A stretch of DNA of 64,000 nucleotides from Candidatus Poribacteria bacterium (GCA_965242965.1 OZ251518.1:2688001-2752000), one strand, 5' to 3'; positions 1 through 10,694 are shown, counted from the first letter of the stretch. Program-made: numbers and translations. The notes: generated by a model from the letters alone, not told the origin.

Positions 1-121
1 ATCCTCACAGGTAGTCGCAGTCGCGATGCCTAACAAATTGAAACGGCTATTGACAGTATAGCAAATTTTGATAACTGTTGTCAAACAAAAATGAATTTTC
101 CAGAAGGATTTCGTTTTTTTG

Positions 122-150
122 TTGACATTTAATTGTGATTGTGGTATCCT
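122..150 (+). promoter_or_regulatory. sigma70-like promoter (TTGACA-17-TATCCT, extended -10 TG)
   Basis: TTGACA at 122-127, 17-nt spacer, TGG-TATCCT ending 150; AAGGAG RBS before ATG 207. Confidence 0.65.
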
Positions 151-206
151 ATTTTTATGACTGAAAAAAGCGCGGTTGCAAACTGCAACCTAACAAAGGA
201 GAATTC

Positions 207-878
207 ATGAAAAATTTCTTTTTACTCGTGATAAGTTTTTGCGTTTTAGCACTCTTCGCATCCCCTGCTTTCGCAGGCGAACAGATGTGGACATTTGACG
301 CAGACGCAGATGACTGGACACCCGCCAACGGCACATGGAGCGTCGAAGCCGGCACCTACAAACTCGCTAAAGGCGGGCGAGCCGAGCACTCCCTCATCGG
401 TGATGCCGCTTGGGACGATTACACCGTTGAAGCGAAAGTGCAACTGGATGAAGGCAACTGGGCAGGTATCGTTTTCCGCGCGCAGAGCGAAATGGAATAC
501 TACGTCTACTACCTCAACGTTCCGAATAACAAGACGGAACTCTGGCGACACAAAACGGGCGCGTGGGATGCCCGCGACAAAATCGGCGAACTCGCCGGCA
601 CGAACGTCACCATAGCGAACGGCGAATGGTTCGACATGGAGGTAGTCGTCGAAGGGGCCGCTATGAAACTCTGGATTAACGGCGAAGAACAGGGCGAACT
701 CACCGACGATACCGCCGAGGCTTATACCGCCGGCCAAGCTGGTGTTTGGGCATGGGAGACAGCGGCGAGTTTTGACGATTTCAACGTCTCTGGCGATGCC
801 ATCGTCGGCGGTGGGACAACGGTTGAACCGCTGGATAAACTTACCACGGCGTGGGGCCGCCTCAAACGAACCCGCTGA
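207..878 (+). CDS. secreted DUF1080/LamG-like beta-sandwich protein with C-terminal 'KLTTAWGRLK' motif
   Basis: Signal peptide, WDDYTVEAKV..AGIVFR..YYV..GEWFDMEV..GVW..FDDFNV pattern; tail TVEPLDKLTTAWGRLK. Confidence 0.75.
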   Translation: MKNFFLLVISFCVLALFASPAFAGEQMWTFDADADDWTPANGTWSVEAGTYKLAKGGRAEHSLIGDAAWDDYTVEAKVQLDEGNWAGIVFRAQSEMEYYVYYLNVPNNKTELWRHKTGAWDARDKIGELAGTNVTIANGEWFDMEVVVEGAAMKLWINGEEQGELTDDTAEAYTAGQAGVWAWETAASFDDFNVSGDAIVGGGTTVEPLDKLTTAWGRLKRTR

Positions 879-883
879 AACCG

Positions 884-2584
884 ATGAAACGCTTTTGTCT
901 GCTCGTTATCATGCTTATGTTCGTGGGGTGTATTCTCTGCGGAATTCACCCCGCAGCCGGTTTCCAAAGCGAACCGGTAGCGAAGATTCAGGAATACCGC
1001 GCCCAACTTGCAGCGGATGCTAATCAACCTGACATCCGCCTGCAATTGGCAAAGGTTTACTTGCACATCGAGGCTTATGCGCAAGCCAAAGCCGAATATC
1101 AGCATGTCATCGGCACAGCGGAAAAGAGAAAAAGCACCATGCCTTTAGAGGCTGAGGCATTCTACGGCTTAGGGTTGGCTTATGCGGGGCTTGAGCAGTT
1201 TGAGTTAGCGATACCGGCATATCAAAAGGCGCGCGCCATTGCCGCCGATTGGGGGCACATTCACGCCGCGCTCGGCAGTGCTTACGTGAACATGCACCGA
1301 TACGAGGAAGCACTTGCCGCCTATAACATCGCCGTAGAATTGCAACCTGACGCTGCGAGACTTCACCATCACCTCGGCACTGTCTACAGCAAACGTGGAG
1401 AACGAGACAAGGCACTGCGTCACCAGTTACGCGCGATTGCCCTCGCGCCGAAATTGGCTGCGGCGCATTATCAACTCGGGCGGCTTTATGCGCAGCAACA
1501 GCGGTGGCATGAGGCCATCGCTGCCTATCAAAACGCTTACGCGCACGATGCCGAATTGCTTCAGGCACTCTATCATCTCGCGCAGACATACCGCCGCCGC
1601 GGCGATACCGCTGCTGCGCGCGAGCACATGACACGTTTTGAGGAACAGAAGTCGCTGCTGCATCCGCTCCATCAGTTGCGCGGTGCGTTGCAACGAACGC
1701 ACGATGTAACCGAACGCGCGCTGATTTTCACCAACATCGGCAGGCTTTACCTCAAAAGCGGTGACGCTGAGAAAGCGGCCTGGGAATATCAGAAGGCAAT
1801 AGCGCAAGCACCGCAGTTGGCAACGGCTTATAACGGGCTCGGCATCGCCTATGCCTTGCAAGAAAAATTTCCGGATGCACTCGCCGCACAACAGAAAGCG
1901 TTGGAATGCCAACCGGACTTTGCGAAAGCGCACGCAGGACTGGGATTCGTGTATTTTCAGCAAAACCGCGCAGAACTCGCTTTGAAGCATTATCGGCAGG
2001 CCGTCGCGTTGGAACCGCAGTTTTTAGAAGCGCATCGCAAAATCGGACTCATTTTACTGAACCAAAAGCGATATGCCGAGGCAGGTGCAGCATATCAGAC
2101 ACTCCTGACGCTGAATCCGGGAGATGCCGAGGCGTATCATAATTTAGGGTTGTGCGATGCCTATCAAGGGAAAACCGAGTCGGCGTTGGATGCTCTGGAA
2201 ACGGCAGTCACCCTTTGTTTGGCGGCACCGAACCAACCGCCATTCCTCGTTGAAACGTATCACCTCATCGGGGAACTGCAGGCGGCGCGAGGCCAGGTGG
2301 AAGCAGCCGCAGCGGCGTATCTCGCATCGGGCTTGCCAAAAGCGTATCACGCCCTCGCGCAACTTTACGCGAAGCGCGGTGTGAAGTTGGCGGCTGCGCT
2401 TGCATACGCGCAAAAAGCGATTGCGTTAAATCCGAATGTTGCAAGGTATTACAACACGCTTGCGCGCATTGCCTTCCGAAAAGGCGCGTATCGCCAAGCA
2501 GAGACTGCCATCCGAAAAGCCATTGAACTTGAACCTGAAAATCGGAACTACCGCGAAGGGTTAAAACAGATTTTGAAGCGATAA
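884..2584 (+). CDS. exported tetratricopeptide repeat protein
   Basis: Many 34-aa A..LG..Y...G...A...Y..A repeats; N-terminal hydrophobic signal from ATG 884. Confidence 0.9.
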   Translation: MKRFCLLVIMLMFVGCILCGIHPAAGFQSEPVAKIQEYRAQLAADANQPDIRLQLAKVYLHIEAYAQAKAEYQHVIGTAEKRKSTMPLEAEAFYGLGLAYAGLEQFELAIPAYQKARAIAADWGHIHAALGSAYVNMHRYEEALAAYNIAVELQPDAARLHHHLGTVYSKRGERDKALRHQLRAIALAPKLAAAHYQLGRLYAQQQRWHEAIAAYQNAYAHDAELLQALYHLAQTYRRRGDTAAAREHMTRFEEQKSLLHPLHQLRGALQRTHDVTERALIFTNIGRLYLKSGDAEKAAWEYQKAIAQAPQLATAYNGLGIAYALQEKFPDALAAQQKALECQPDFAKAHAGLGFVYFQQNRAELALKHYRQAVALEPQFLEAHRKIGLILLNQKRYAEAGAAYQTLLTLNPGDAEAYHNLGLCDAYQGKTESALDALETAVTLCLAAPNQPPFLVETYHLIGELQAARGQVEAAAAAYLASGLPKAYHALAQLYAKRGVKLAAALAYAQKAIALNPNVARYYNTLARIAFRKGAYRQAETAIRKAIELEPENRNYREGLKQILKR

Positions 2585-2646
2585 AGGTATATCCCTGAAA
2601 GTGGCGTTAATGCCACACAATGTGGGAGCCCTTCGGAAGGAAAACG

Positions 2647-2838
2647 AAGCAGGATTTACAGGATTTACCATGATTATGAGCAGGATTTACAAGATTATCA
2701 CGATTTCACAGGATTAGGGTTTTGACGAATCGAAAGGTTTAGGCAGTTCCCGATGGTCTCGGGGCATTGGAGAGCTCATCTTGTCTTCTCTTGATAAATC
2801 CTGAAAATCCTGCTCATAATCCTGAAAATCCTGCTCAT
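2647..2838. repeat. ~190-bp element with CAGGATTTA-type 9-nt periodic arms (inverted copy at 4309-4500)
   Basis: Left arm repeats of (c)aggattta, right arm aaatcctg/aaatcctgctcat. Confidence 0.75.
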
Positions 2839-2859
2839 AAAACGTGAGGGAAACCGCAA

Positions 2860-4308
2860 ATGGAAACCTACGCAACGCTCAGGGAGTTTGTCAAAGCACT
2901 CGACCGCGCTGGCGAACTCAAACGTATCAAAACAAACGTCTCCCCCGACTTGGAAATCACCGAAATCACCGACAGGGTGAGTAAAACCGGCGGTCCGGCG
3001 CTCCTCTTTGAAAACGTTGAAGGCAGCCGCATGCCGCTGTTAATTAACACTTACGGTTCTGCGAAACGGATGGCGATGGCACTCGGTGCCGAGGACCTGG
3101 GCGACATTGCTGCCGAAATTGAAAGCATGATTAAACTCAGTCCCCCAGAATCGCTCCTTGATAAGGTAAAGATACTTCGCCTCCTCTCACAGTTAACGAA
3201 CTTTCCTCCGAAAACTGTCAAGCGCGGCGCGTGCCAAGACGTTGTCCTGACGGGCGAACAAGCATCGTTAGATGTGTTGCCGCTCATCAAATGCTGGCCC
3301 CTTGATGCCGGCCGCTATATCACCTTGCCGCAGGTGTTTACGCACAGCCTGCGCACCGGGCAACGCAACGTCGGCACCTATCGCTTACAGAAACTGAATC
3401 CGTATGCGTTAGCGATGCACTGGCAGATTCACCACGACGGCGCGGCACAGCACCGCGAGTATCAGCAGGCAGGACAACAAATGCCCGTGGCCATCGCCAT
3501 CGGCGGTGATCCGGTGATGGGCTATATCGGCACCGCACCGCTGCCATCGGGTATCGACGAACTCCTGTTCGCCGGCTTCCTCCGTAAAGCGAACGTGCCG
3601 ATGGTGCCCGCGAAAACCATTGATATGCTCGTGCCTGCCGATGCAGACATTGTCATTGAGGGATATATTGAACCTGACGAAACCTGCATCGAGGGGCCCT
3701 TCGGAGACCACACCGGCTTTTACTCGCTTGCCGATGAATATCCCGTCTTTCGCATCACGGCGATAACGCATCGCAAAAAACCCATCTATCAGACAATTAT
3801 TGTGGGCAAACCGCCGATGGAAGATTGCTATATGGGCAAAGCCACCGAACGCATTTTTATGCCGCTCATCAAAACGCAACTGCCCGAACTCGTTGACATG
3901 AACCTGCCGTTGTTCGGCGTATTCCACAACTTCGCCTTCATCGCCATCGACAAACGCTATCCATTCCACGCCAAGAAGATAATGCACAGCCTGTGGGGAC
4001 TCGGGCAACTGATGTTCAGCAAAATCATCATCGTCGTTGACAAAGACGTGAACGTCCAAAACGTAGAGGAGGTGCTATTCTATGTCGGCAGCAACGTCGA
4101 TCCGCAGCGCGATGTCACGATAGTGGAAGGCCCCGTTGATGTGTTGGACCACGCCGCGCCGCTGATGGGTGCCGGTTCCAAGATGGGGATTGATGCGACG
4201 ACGAAATGGGCAGCAGAGGGGTATGCCCGCGAATGGCCGCAAGAAATCCGCATGGATGCGGATATGATGGCGCGCGTCACCGAACGGTGGAAGGCGTATG
4301 GATTCTGA
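2860..4308 (+). CDS. ubiD: UbiD-family (menaquinone biosynthesis type) decarboxylase
   Basis: LEITEITDR, RNVGTYR, EGPFGDHTGFY, SKMGIDAT motifs. Confidence 0.9.
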   Translation: METYATLREFVKALDRAGELKRIKTNVSPDLEITEITDRVSKTGGPALLFENVEGSRMPLLINTYGSAKRMAMALGAEDLGDIAAEIESMIKLSPPESLLDKVKILRLLSQLTNFPPKTVKRGACQDVVLTGEQASLDVLPLIKCWPLDAGRYITLPQVFTHSLRTGQRNVGTYRLQKLNPYALAMHWQIHHDGAAQHREYQQAGQQMPVAIAIGGDPVMGYIGTAPLPSGIDELLFAGFLRKANVPMVPAKTIDMLVPADADIVIEGYIEPDETCIEGPFGDHTGFYSLADEYPVFRITAITHRKKPIYQTIIVGKPPMEDCYMGKATERIFMPLIKTQLPELVDMNLPLFGVFHNFAFIAIDKRYPFHAKKIMHSLWGLGQLMFSKIIIVVDKDVNVQNVEEVLFYVGSNVDPQRDVTIVEGPVDVLDHAAPLMGAGSKMGIDATTKWAAEGYAREWPQEIRMDADMMARVTERWKAYGF

Positions 4309-4500
4309 AGCAGGATTTTCAAGAGAGCAGACATGAGCAGGATTTACAAGATTTATCAAGATTAGCAAGATTGGAGGTCTGATAGACCGAACACGCCGTG
4401 GACTGCCAGAACCCCGCCGGTCTATCAAAAATCTAATCCTGTGAAATCCTGTGAAATCGTGTAAATCCTGCTCAAATCCCTGCTCATATCCCTGCTCATG
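4309..4500. repeat. inverted homologue of the 2647-2838 element
   Basis: atgagcaggatttacaagattt left arm and aaatcctgtgaaatc..aaatcctgctca right arm; reverse complement aligns by eye to 2712-2838. Confidence 0.7.
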
Positions 4501-4511
4501 GGAGGGAGACA

Positions 4512-5606
4512 ATGTCAAAAACAGTTTACGATGTCGCCGTTATCGGCGCGGGCCCGGCAGGAACGCAAGCCGCTGTTTCCGCGAGCCATCAAATGAAACA
4601 TGTGCTGGTGCTACACGCCGGCAAAGTCAGTTTTAGTCGCGGGCGCGCGTACTGGTCCAAGTCCGTAGAAATTGAGGATGCGCCAGTGTTCCCCGGCATC
4701 ATCGGGCCGCACTTTGCCAAAGCACTCATGAAGTGGATGGAGAGCCGTCCCGTCGGTGACTTCAGGCTTGGCATGGAGAAGCGGAAGACAGGCATCGAGA
4801 TTCGCGATGGCATGGTTACCCACCTCACGCGGATACCTGATGCAAAAACGGAGGACAGCGGCATCTTTGAATTGGAAGCATCCACTGCGTCGCTGAAGAA
4901 AAACGCGCTGCTGCAGGTTGAGCGTTTCCGCGCGCGCACCGTTGTCGTCGCCTCTGGATTTGACGACAAGTGGCCCGATATTGAATTTCAGGCAGACGCA
5001 GAACGGTTGTATAAGCAATACGCAACCGTCTTCCGCTACGCGGGCAATCGGAAAGGCTGGCACGTCTGCATCCGTTGCGATGGCCATCTGCATGTCAACG
5101 AACACCTCGCCATCCTCGGCGTGGGCGATTATATTTACGAGGCGGCACTCGGCGCGCAGGATTTTACCGACAAAATTACGATTCTGACGAACGGCCGCCC
5201 TCACGGCATGTCACCGCCCGTGCTGAAACAAGTGGAAGAACGGCAGATACGTATCGTTGAAACTAAAATTAAGCGGCACATCGGTGAGAAGACAGACCTG
5301 CTCGGATTTGAGATGGTAGACGGCACCGAACTTTACTTCCACGGCTTCCTCGTGGACGAGGGATTAATTCCCAACACCAAGTTTCTAGAAGGCTGGGACT
5401 ACCAAATTGACGATGAGGGATTAATCGTTACGAACGAGGATATGCAGCTGCTGGACAGCCACGGCGCGCCGATACCGGGGCTTTTCGCTGCGGGCGATAT
5501 CGTCTCTGGACAGCGGAATCTGATTGCGACAGCGTTTGCCCTCGGGCAGGAGGCAGGGTTATCTGCCTCCGATTCACTGCGGCAGTGGCACTATCCCGAA
5601 GAGTAA
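4512..5606 (+). CDS. NAD(P)/FAD-dependent oxidoreductase, thioredoxin-reductase-like
   Basis: GAGPAG Rossmann motif, CIRCDG (CxxC), GLFAAGD. Confidence 0.85.
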   Translation: MSKTVYDVAVIGAGPAGTQAAVSASHQMKHVLVLHAGKVSFSRGRAYWSKSVEIEDAPVFPGIIGPHFAKALMKWMESRPVGDFRLGMEKRKTGIEIRDGMVTHLTRIPDAKTEDSGIFELEASTASLKKNALLQVERFRARTVVVASGFDDKWPDIEFQADAERLYKQYATVFRYAGNRKGWHVCIRCDGHLHVNEHLAILGVGDYIYEAALGAQDFTDKITILTNGRPHGMSPPVLKQVEERQIRIVETKIKRHIGEKTDLLGFEMVDGTELYFHGFLVDEGLIPNTKFLEGWDYQIDDEGLIVTNEDMQLLDSHGAPIPGLFAAGDIVSGQRNLIATAFALGQEAGLSASDSLRQWHYPEE

Positions 5607-5622
5607 GTAAGGAGTCAACACT

Positions 5623-8493
5623 ATGCACACCCAACCGAAAGAGACCTTATACATTCTTGACACGCACGCCGAGATATTCCGGGCATATTATGCCATCAGA
5701 ACGCGCCTGACGAGTTCTATCACGGGTGAACCCACGAACGCTATCTTCGGGTTTACCAGCACGCTGCTCAAACTCCTCACCGAAGTGCAGCCGACGTATA
5801 TCGTCGCCGCAATGGATACGCCCGGGGCTACCTTCCGCGAGGAACTTTACGCGGAATATAAAGCGCATCGCTCACCGCCACCGGCAGAACTTGTGACGCA
5901 GATGCCGCGCATTGAGCAAGTGCTGGCAGCATTCGGTATCCTGACGCTCGGCGAGACTGCGTTGGAGGCAGACGACATCGTCGCCTCCGTAACACAAGCT
6001 GTCCTCGACGAACCGACAGCGCGCCACGTCCACGTCGTTATCGTCTCCAAAGACAAAGACTTTGAGCAACTCCTCAGCAGGCGCGTCACGATGTTTGACA
6101 TTCACACTGACACGACGCTGGATGTCGCCACCTTGTGGCAGACGAAACAGATTGAACCTGCCCAAGTCATTGATGTGCTGGCGTTGATGGGCGATAGTGC
6201 CGATAACGTGCCGGGGGTTGAAGGCATCGGCTTGAAAACCGCGGCGACGTTGATTCACAAGTTTGGTTCCATTGAAAACATTTTCGCCAACATTGACGAG
6301 GTGAAAGGAAAGCGGCGCGAGAATTTAGAGAAGGCGCGCGAGCAACTGCCGCTCTGGCGAACATTAGTGACGCTGAAGCGCGATGCCGACTTAAATTTTT
6401 CGCTGGAGCAGGCGCGCGTTAAACCGTTCGATCTTCGGAAAATCCAGCCCCTCTTTCAAGAACTGGAACTCAAAAGGTTCAACAACGTCGTGCAAGCCAT
6501 CGCGGGCGGACAAGCGACATCTGTCGCACCGGAGACTTCCACGCGCAAGGAACGTGTAGCCGCCCTTGAAGAAAAAACCGATGCTATCTTGGAAAAAGGC
6601 GACTACGACACCGCCGAAACAGGGGAATACTCGGCAATTCTGACGCTCGCGCAACTGGAAGCACTCGTGGAAACTCTCGCCGAACAGGAGATTATCAGCT
6701 TGGATACCGAGACAGACGACTTGGACAGAGCGGCAGCACTCTGCGGCTTAAGTTTCTCATGGCAACCGAACCACGGCGTTTACGTGCCCCTCCGCTCCCC
6801 CGAACCCGAACGGCATCTCGATGCTGAAACAGTCCTAGCGCATCTCAAACCCATTCTGGAAAACCCCAAATTGCCGAAGTGCGGACACAACCTGAAGTTT
6901 GATGCCGGCATTCTCATCCGCCACGGTGTGAAACTCCGGGGTGTCGCTTTTGATACGCTGTTAGCAAGCCGCCTCATCGATGCGCGCACGCCATCGCACA
7001 ATCTGGACACCCTCGCGTTGCTGCATCTCAATCACAAGATGATTGCCTTTGACGAACTCATCGACAGTGATGAAACCGAGACTGAGTTGTCACTCTTCAC
7101 GGTTGCCGCTAGAACCGAGCCGTCTGATGCCATCACCTCCATTGATAAAGTCCCGTTGGACAAGGCGACGCTTTACGCCGCCGAGGATGCCGACATCACT
7201 TTGCGGCTGTATCATTTTCTCTCACCAAAGTTGGAGGAGATGGGCATTACCGAATTGGTGCGCGATATAGAATCGCCCCTCGCGCCTGTCCTTGCCGAGA
7301 TGGAGTATCACGGTATCGTCTGCGATAAGGAAGAACTGAGACAGCAAACCGCCGTGATTCAACGCCTTGTTGATGAACGTGAAGAACAGATATTTGACAT
7401 CGTCGGGCGGCCGTTCAACATTGATTCACCACCGCAACTGGCGACGGTGCTCTTTGAGCAACTCGGTTTCAAACCGACGAAACGGACGAAAGCCGGCAAA
7501 GTTTCTACCGATGTCACCGTGTTAGAGGCACTCTCCCTCAACGAGGATGTGAACACGCCGAAAACCAGTGTGCCGCGCTTAATCGTTGAATATCGGCAAT
7601 TTCGCAAACTCCAAAGCACCTATATGGAGCAGTTGCAGCACGCGATAGACGAGAAGACGCAGCGGATTCACACGCATCTCTATCAACTGATGACGGCGAC
7701 AGGACGGTTGAAATCCGACCGGCCGAATTTGCAGAACATTCCTGTCCGCACCGAAATTGGACGGCAGATCCGTCTTGCGTTCAAAGCACCAGAGGGATAT
7801 AAGTTAATCTGTGCCGATTATTCGCAGATTGAACTCCGCATTCTCGCGCACTTTAGTCAAGATGAGCATCTGCTTGAAGCGTTTGCGCAAGATTTGGACA
7901 TTCACGCCTCGGTAGCCTCGCAAGTGTTCGATGTGCCGCTAGCGGCAGTCACGCGAGAACTCCGCGATAAGGCGAAGAGCATCAACTTCGGTATCATTTA
8001 CGGCGTGTCCCCCACGGGGCTCGCGCGGCGGATTAAAGGTATGAGTATCCAAGAGGCGGCGCAACTTATCAGTGACTATAAAGCACGGTTTCCGGGGATA
8101 AACCGCTTTCTTATCCAGTGCGTCCAAGAAGCCTTGCATCGGGGGTATGTTACCACGTTGACGGGCCGGCGGCGCGCTCTCCCTGAAATTTTCGCCCACA
8201 CCCAGAATCGGCGGAGCCAAGGCGAGCGGCTGGCAATCAATACCGTCGTGCAAGGCACAGCGGCAGATTTGATGAAAATCGCTATGGTGCGCGTGCAACA
8301 CCGTATTGACAGGGACAGCCTACCGTTGAAGATGCTCCTGCAAATCCACGATGAATTAGTGCTTGAAACGCCGGCGGCGTTGGCTGCGGAACACGCCGCT
8401 ATTGTCTGTGAGGAAATGGAGAATGTCGCGTCGTTGCGGGTGCCGCTGCGCACGGAGGCGGGAATTGGCGATAATTGGCGGGATGCAAAATAG
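5623..8493 (+). CDS. polA: DNA polymerase I
   Basis: 5'-3' exo (GDSADNVPGVEGIG), 3'-5' exo (LDTET, YAAEDA), polymerase motifs DYSQIELR, NFGIIYG, QIHDEL. Confidence 0.97.
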   Translation: MHTQPKETLYILDTHAEIFRAYYAIRTRLTSSITGEPTNAIFGFTSTLLKLLTEVQPTYIVAAMDTPGATFREELYAEYKAHRSPPPAELVTQMPRIEQVLAAFGILTLGETALEADDIVASVTQAVLDEPTARHVHVVIVSKDKDFEQLLSRRVTMFDIHTDTTLDVATLWQTKQIEPAQVIDVLALMGDSADNVPGVEGIGLKTAATLIHKFGSIENIFANIDEVKGKRRENLEKAREQLPLWRTLVTLKRDADLNFSLEQARVKPFDLRKIQPLFQELELKRFNNVVQAIAGGQATSVAPETSTRKERVAALEEKTDAILEKGDYDTAETGEYSAILTLAQLEALVETLAEQEIISLDTETDDLDRAAALCGLSFSWQPNHGVYVPLRSPEPERHLDAETVLAHLKPILENPKLPKCGHNLKFDAGILIRHGVKLRGVAFDTLLASRLIDARTPSHNLDTLALLHLNHKMIAFDELIDSDETETELSLFTVAARTEPSDAITSIDKVPLDKATLYAAEDADITLRLYHFLSPKLEEMGITELVRDIESPLAPVLAEMEYHGIVCDKEELRQQTAVIQRLVDEREEQIFDIVGRPFNIDSPPQLATVLFEQLGFKPTKRTKAGKVSTDVTVLEALSLNEDVNTPKTSVPRLIVEYRQFRKLQSTYMEQLQHAIDEKTQRIHTHLYQLMTATGRLKSDRPNLQNIPVRTEIGRQIRLAFKAPEGYKLICADYSQIELRILAHFSQDEHLLEAFAQDLDIHASVASQVFDVPLAAVTRELRDKAKSINFGIIYGVSPTGLARRIKGMSIQEAAQLISDYKARFPGINRFLIQCVQEALHRGYVTTLTGRRRALPEIFAHTQNRRSQGERLAINTVVQGTAADLMKIAMVRVQHRIDRDSLPLKMLLQIHDELVLETPAALAAEHAAIVCEEMENVASLRVPLRTEAGIGDNWRDAK

Positions 8494-8661
8494 CCGCATC
8501 GCTGGACATAACAACGTAGGGTGGACGCAATTCAATGTTTTCTAGCCGGTAGGCGAGGCGGCGTGCAACGCCATCGTGCTCCGTTAAGGGATAACGGTTT
8601 GAAACCGCGCCTGCGTGGCTAGGCGCACTTATCAAAGTCGCTGCTGCGTTCTCCTAAAAAA

Positions 8662-9285
8662 TCACTCCGGTGGGATATATCCCCGTTCCACAAATCGCGA
8701 TAAATACCGCTGCCATCCTTCATCCAAAAGTTCTGGCGAGTCTGCAAAAGGAGAGAAGCGATAGAACTGCTCCCGTGCCTCTGCCCAGAACGCCCGTTGT
8801 TCATCACGGGAAAGCGTGTCCAAGTGTGCTAAGAGCAGCGATACGGATTCGTCAAGCATCTCGTGTGCTTCTTCTTGTGCGCGTTCGCTTTCATCCAACT
8901 CGTTTTGGACACCCTCAAGTATTTGCTCCAACGCTGCCTGTGCTGCCGCCCGCGCATCGTATTCAGGCGTGACTGAAACGTCTACGTCTGAGAAGGCGTT
9001 CTCGCTGTCAACATCCTCGTATTCAACATCTTGCGTGTCCAGTCCTTCCGTTTCCGTGAGCATTTCAGGCGCAGCCTCCATGTCCCCATCATCGGTGATG
9101 GTATCGGTGGAGCGTGCTTTATCAGTTGAGGTATTCGATTTGGCGGGGACCGCGCTAAATGTTTTCTTCGTCACCGTCCGGTTTTTTTCCTGAAGCGGCC
9201 GGAGATAAAACTGGTAAACGCCCAGCGCGATTCCCAATACAATGAGGGCTGATACTAGTAGTTTCATAAGGGTTTCCTTTCCCAT
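8662..9285 (-). CDS. hypothetical membrane-anchored acidic protein
   Basis: N-terminal TM segment, acidic helical remainder; start may be 9267 (MKLLV). Confidence 0.65.
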   Translation of the reverse strand: MGKETLMKLLVSALIVLGIALGVYQFYLRPLQEKNRTVTKKTFSAVPAKSNTSTDKARSTDTITDDGDMEAAPEMLTETEGLDTQDVEYEDVDSENAFSDVDVSVTPEYDARAAAQAALEQILEGVQNELDESERAQEEAHEMLDESVSLLLAHLDTLSRDEQRAFWAEAREQFYRFSPFADSPELLDEGWQRYLSRFVERGYIPPE

Positions 9286-9476
9286 GCTGGCTTGCAGGGG
9301 AATTCAGAAAATCAGGGGCGGATAGTGCTGTCCGCCCTGACAGACCTTTGTTGGGTGGATATGGTCACCCGCCCTAACGAAGAAGGTGGGCGCGCATCGG
9401 ATGCAGCACCCTGACAAAAATTGTCCGACTGACGACGAGAACTGCATCCGAACGCGGTGAGGAACCAGGTTCAATC

Positions 9477-9842
9477 CTAGAGGCTTCCACAGCAGCCGCA
9501 AGTGCCTGAAGGGCTGCAACCAGCTGCTGGTTGGCTGTTTGTATCGTTCCCAGCCTGAGTGAGTGCCGCCTGGACATTGATGAGGTTCGTTCTTGCCGTG
9601 GTAACGGCATCCTCCTCCGTTTGGCTCGGGCTCGGCCCCGGTGCCGCCGTCAGCGTTCCCGACGGGGTGCTGGTGCTGAGGCTAGTCCCGCTATCGAGAG
9701 ATGTGCCGTCATCCACAGCAACATCCACTCCGGACGATGTAACAGTATTTACCACGACGAACGCCAGGGTGCACAGGAACATGAGGCTGAGCGCGCCAAG
9801 CACCTGTGCCTTGCTGGAGTGCCGAACTAACATCCTTTTCAT
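9477..9842 (-). pseudogene. frameshifted copy of the 10242-10694 exported protein
   Basis: Lacks about 65 nt present at 10331-10395; the homologous QTANQQLVAALQALA C-terminus lies in another frame (ORF 9374-9610). Confidence 0.65.
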
Positions 9843-10088
9843 CTTTTATTCTCCTTTAAGACTCACTTACGCAAACCGCCGAACCCGTAGGCGCGATTTG
9901 AAACAGCACCTACCGGCACGTATGGCTCTTTGCTTAAGCGTGCCTTTTAGTCGTTCACCATCTCGGCTGTTCACTGTTGCAAGAACAATCTCGCAACAGC
10001 CGCTTTTTTCCATAGCACGGAAGACCATCTCCCGCGAACTCTCCACCGAAATGGGAGCGAATGTCATAGCCTACAAACTATTTAATAT

Positions 10089-10117
10089 ATTATACCACAT
10101 TTCCACATAAAAAGCAA
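10089..10117 (-). promoter_or_regulatory. sigma70 promoter TTGCTT-17-TATAAT with extended -10 (second copy at 10940-10968)
   Basis: Reverse complement reads ttgctt..tgtggtataat in both duplicate units. Confidence 0.6.
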
Positions 10118-10241
10118 GAAAAGTGGATATGGTCACCCGCCCTAACGAAGAAGGTGGGCGCGCATCGGATGCAGCACCCTGACAAAAATTGTCCGACTGA
10201 CGACGAGAACTGCATCCGAACGCGGTGAGGCACCAGTTCAA

Positions 10242-10694
10242 TCATATTTTGCTGTGGCAGCTGCGCACGTTCTCAACAGCAGTTGCAAGTGCTTGAATGG
10301 CTGCCATCAGCTGCTGGTTGGCTGTTTGTAACGATGCAGCCGCACTCAGATATTCCGAGGTATCCTCCCCGTAACTGTCGCGGACTGCGTAGAAATCGTT
10401 CTGAGCCTGCCTGAGTGCCGTCTGGGCATTGATGAGGTTCGCTCTCGCCGGGGCAACGGCATCCTCCTCCGTTTGGCACGGACTCGGCCCCGGTGCCGCC
10501 GTCAGCGTCCCCGACGGGGTGCTGGTGCTGAGGCTGGTATTGCCCCCCAGAGATGTGCCGTCATCTACAGCAACATCCACTCCGGACGATGTAGCGATAT
10601 CTACCACGACAAATGCCAGGGTGCACAGGAACATGAGACTGAGCGCGCCAAGCACCTGCGCCTTGCTGGAGTGCCGAACTAACATCCTTCTCAT
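10242..10694 (-). CDS. hypothetical exported/membrane-anchored protein with S/T-rich linker and helical hairpin
   Basis: AGGAG RBS, hydrophobic N-region, two Cys (PCQ, RSC) flanking coiled helices. Confidence 0.65.
   Translation of the reverse strand: MRRMLVRHSSKAQVLGALSLMFLCTLAFVVVDIATSSGVDVAVDDGTSLGGNTSLSTSTPSGTLTAAPGPSPCQTEEDAVAPARANLINAQTALRQAQNDFYAVRDSYGEDTSEYLSAAASLQTANQQLMAAIQALATAVENVRSCHSKI

Noticed and set aside
9867-10067. 66-aa ORFs upstream of the duplicated genes (also 10718-10918)
   Set aside because: Start codon differs between copies, no clear RBS, and a REP is included; more likely 5' leader.
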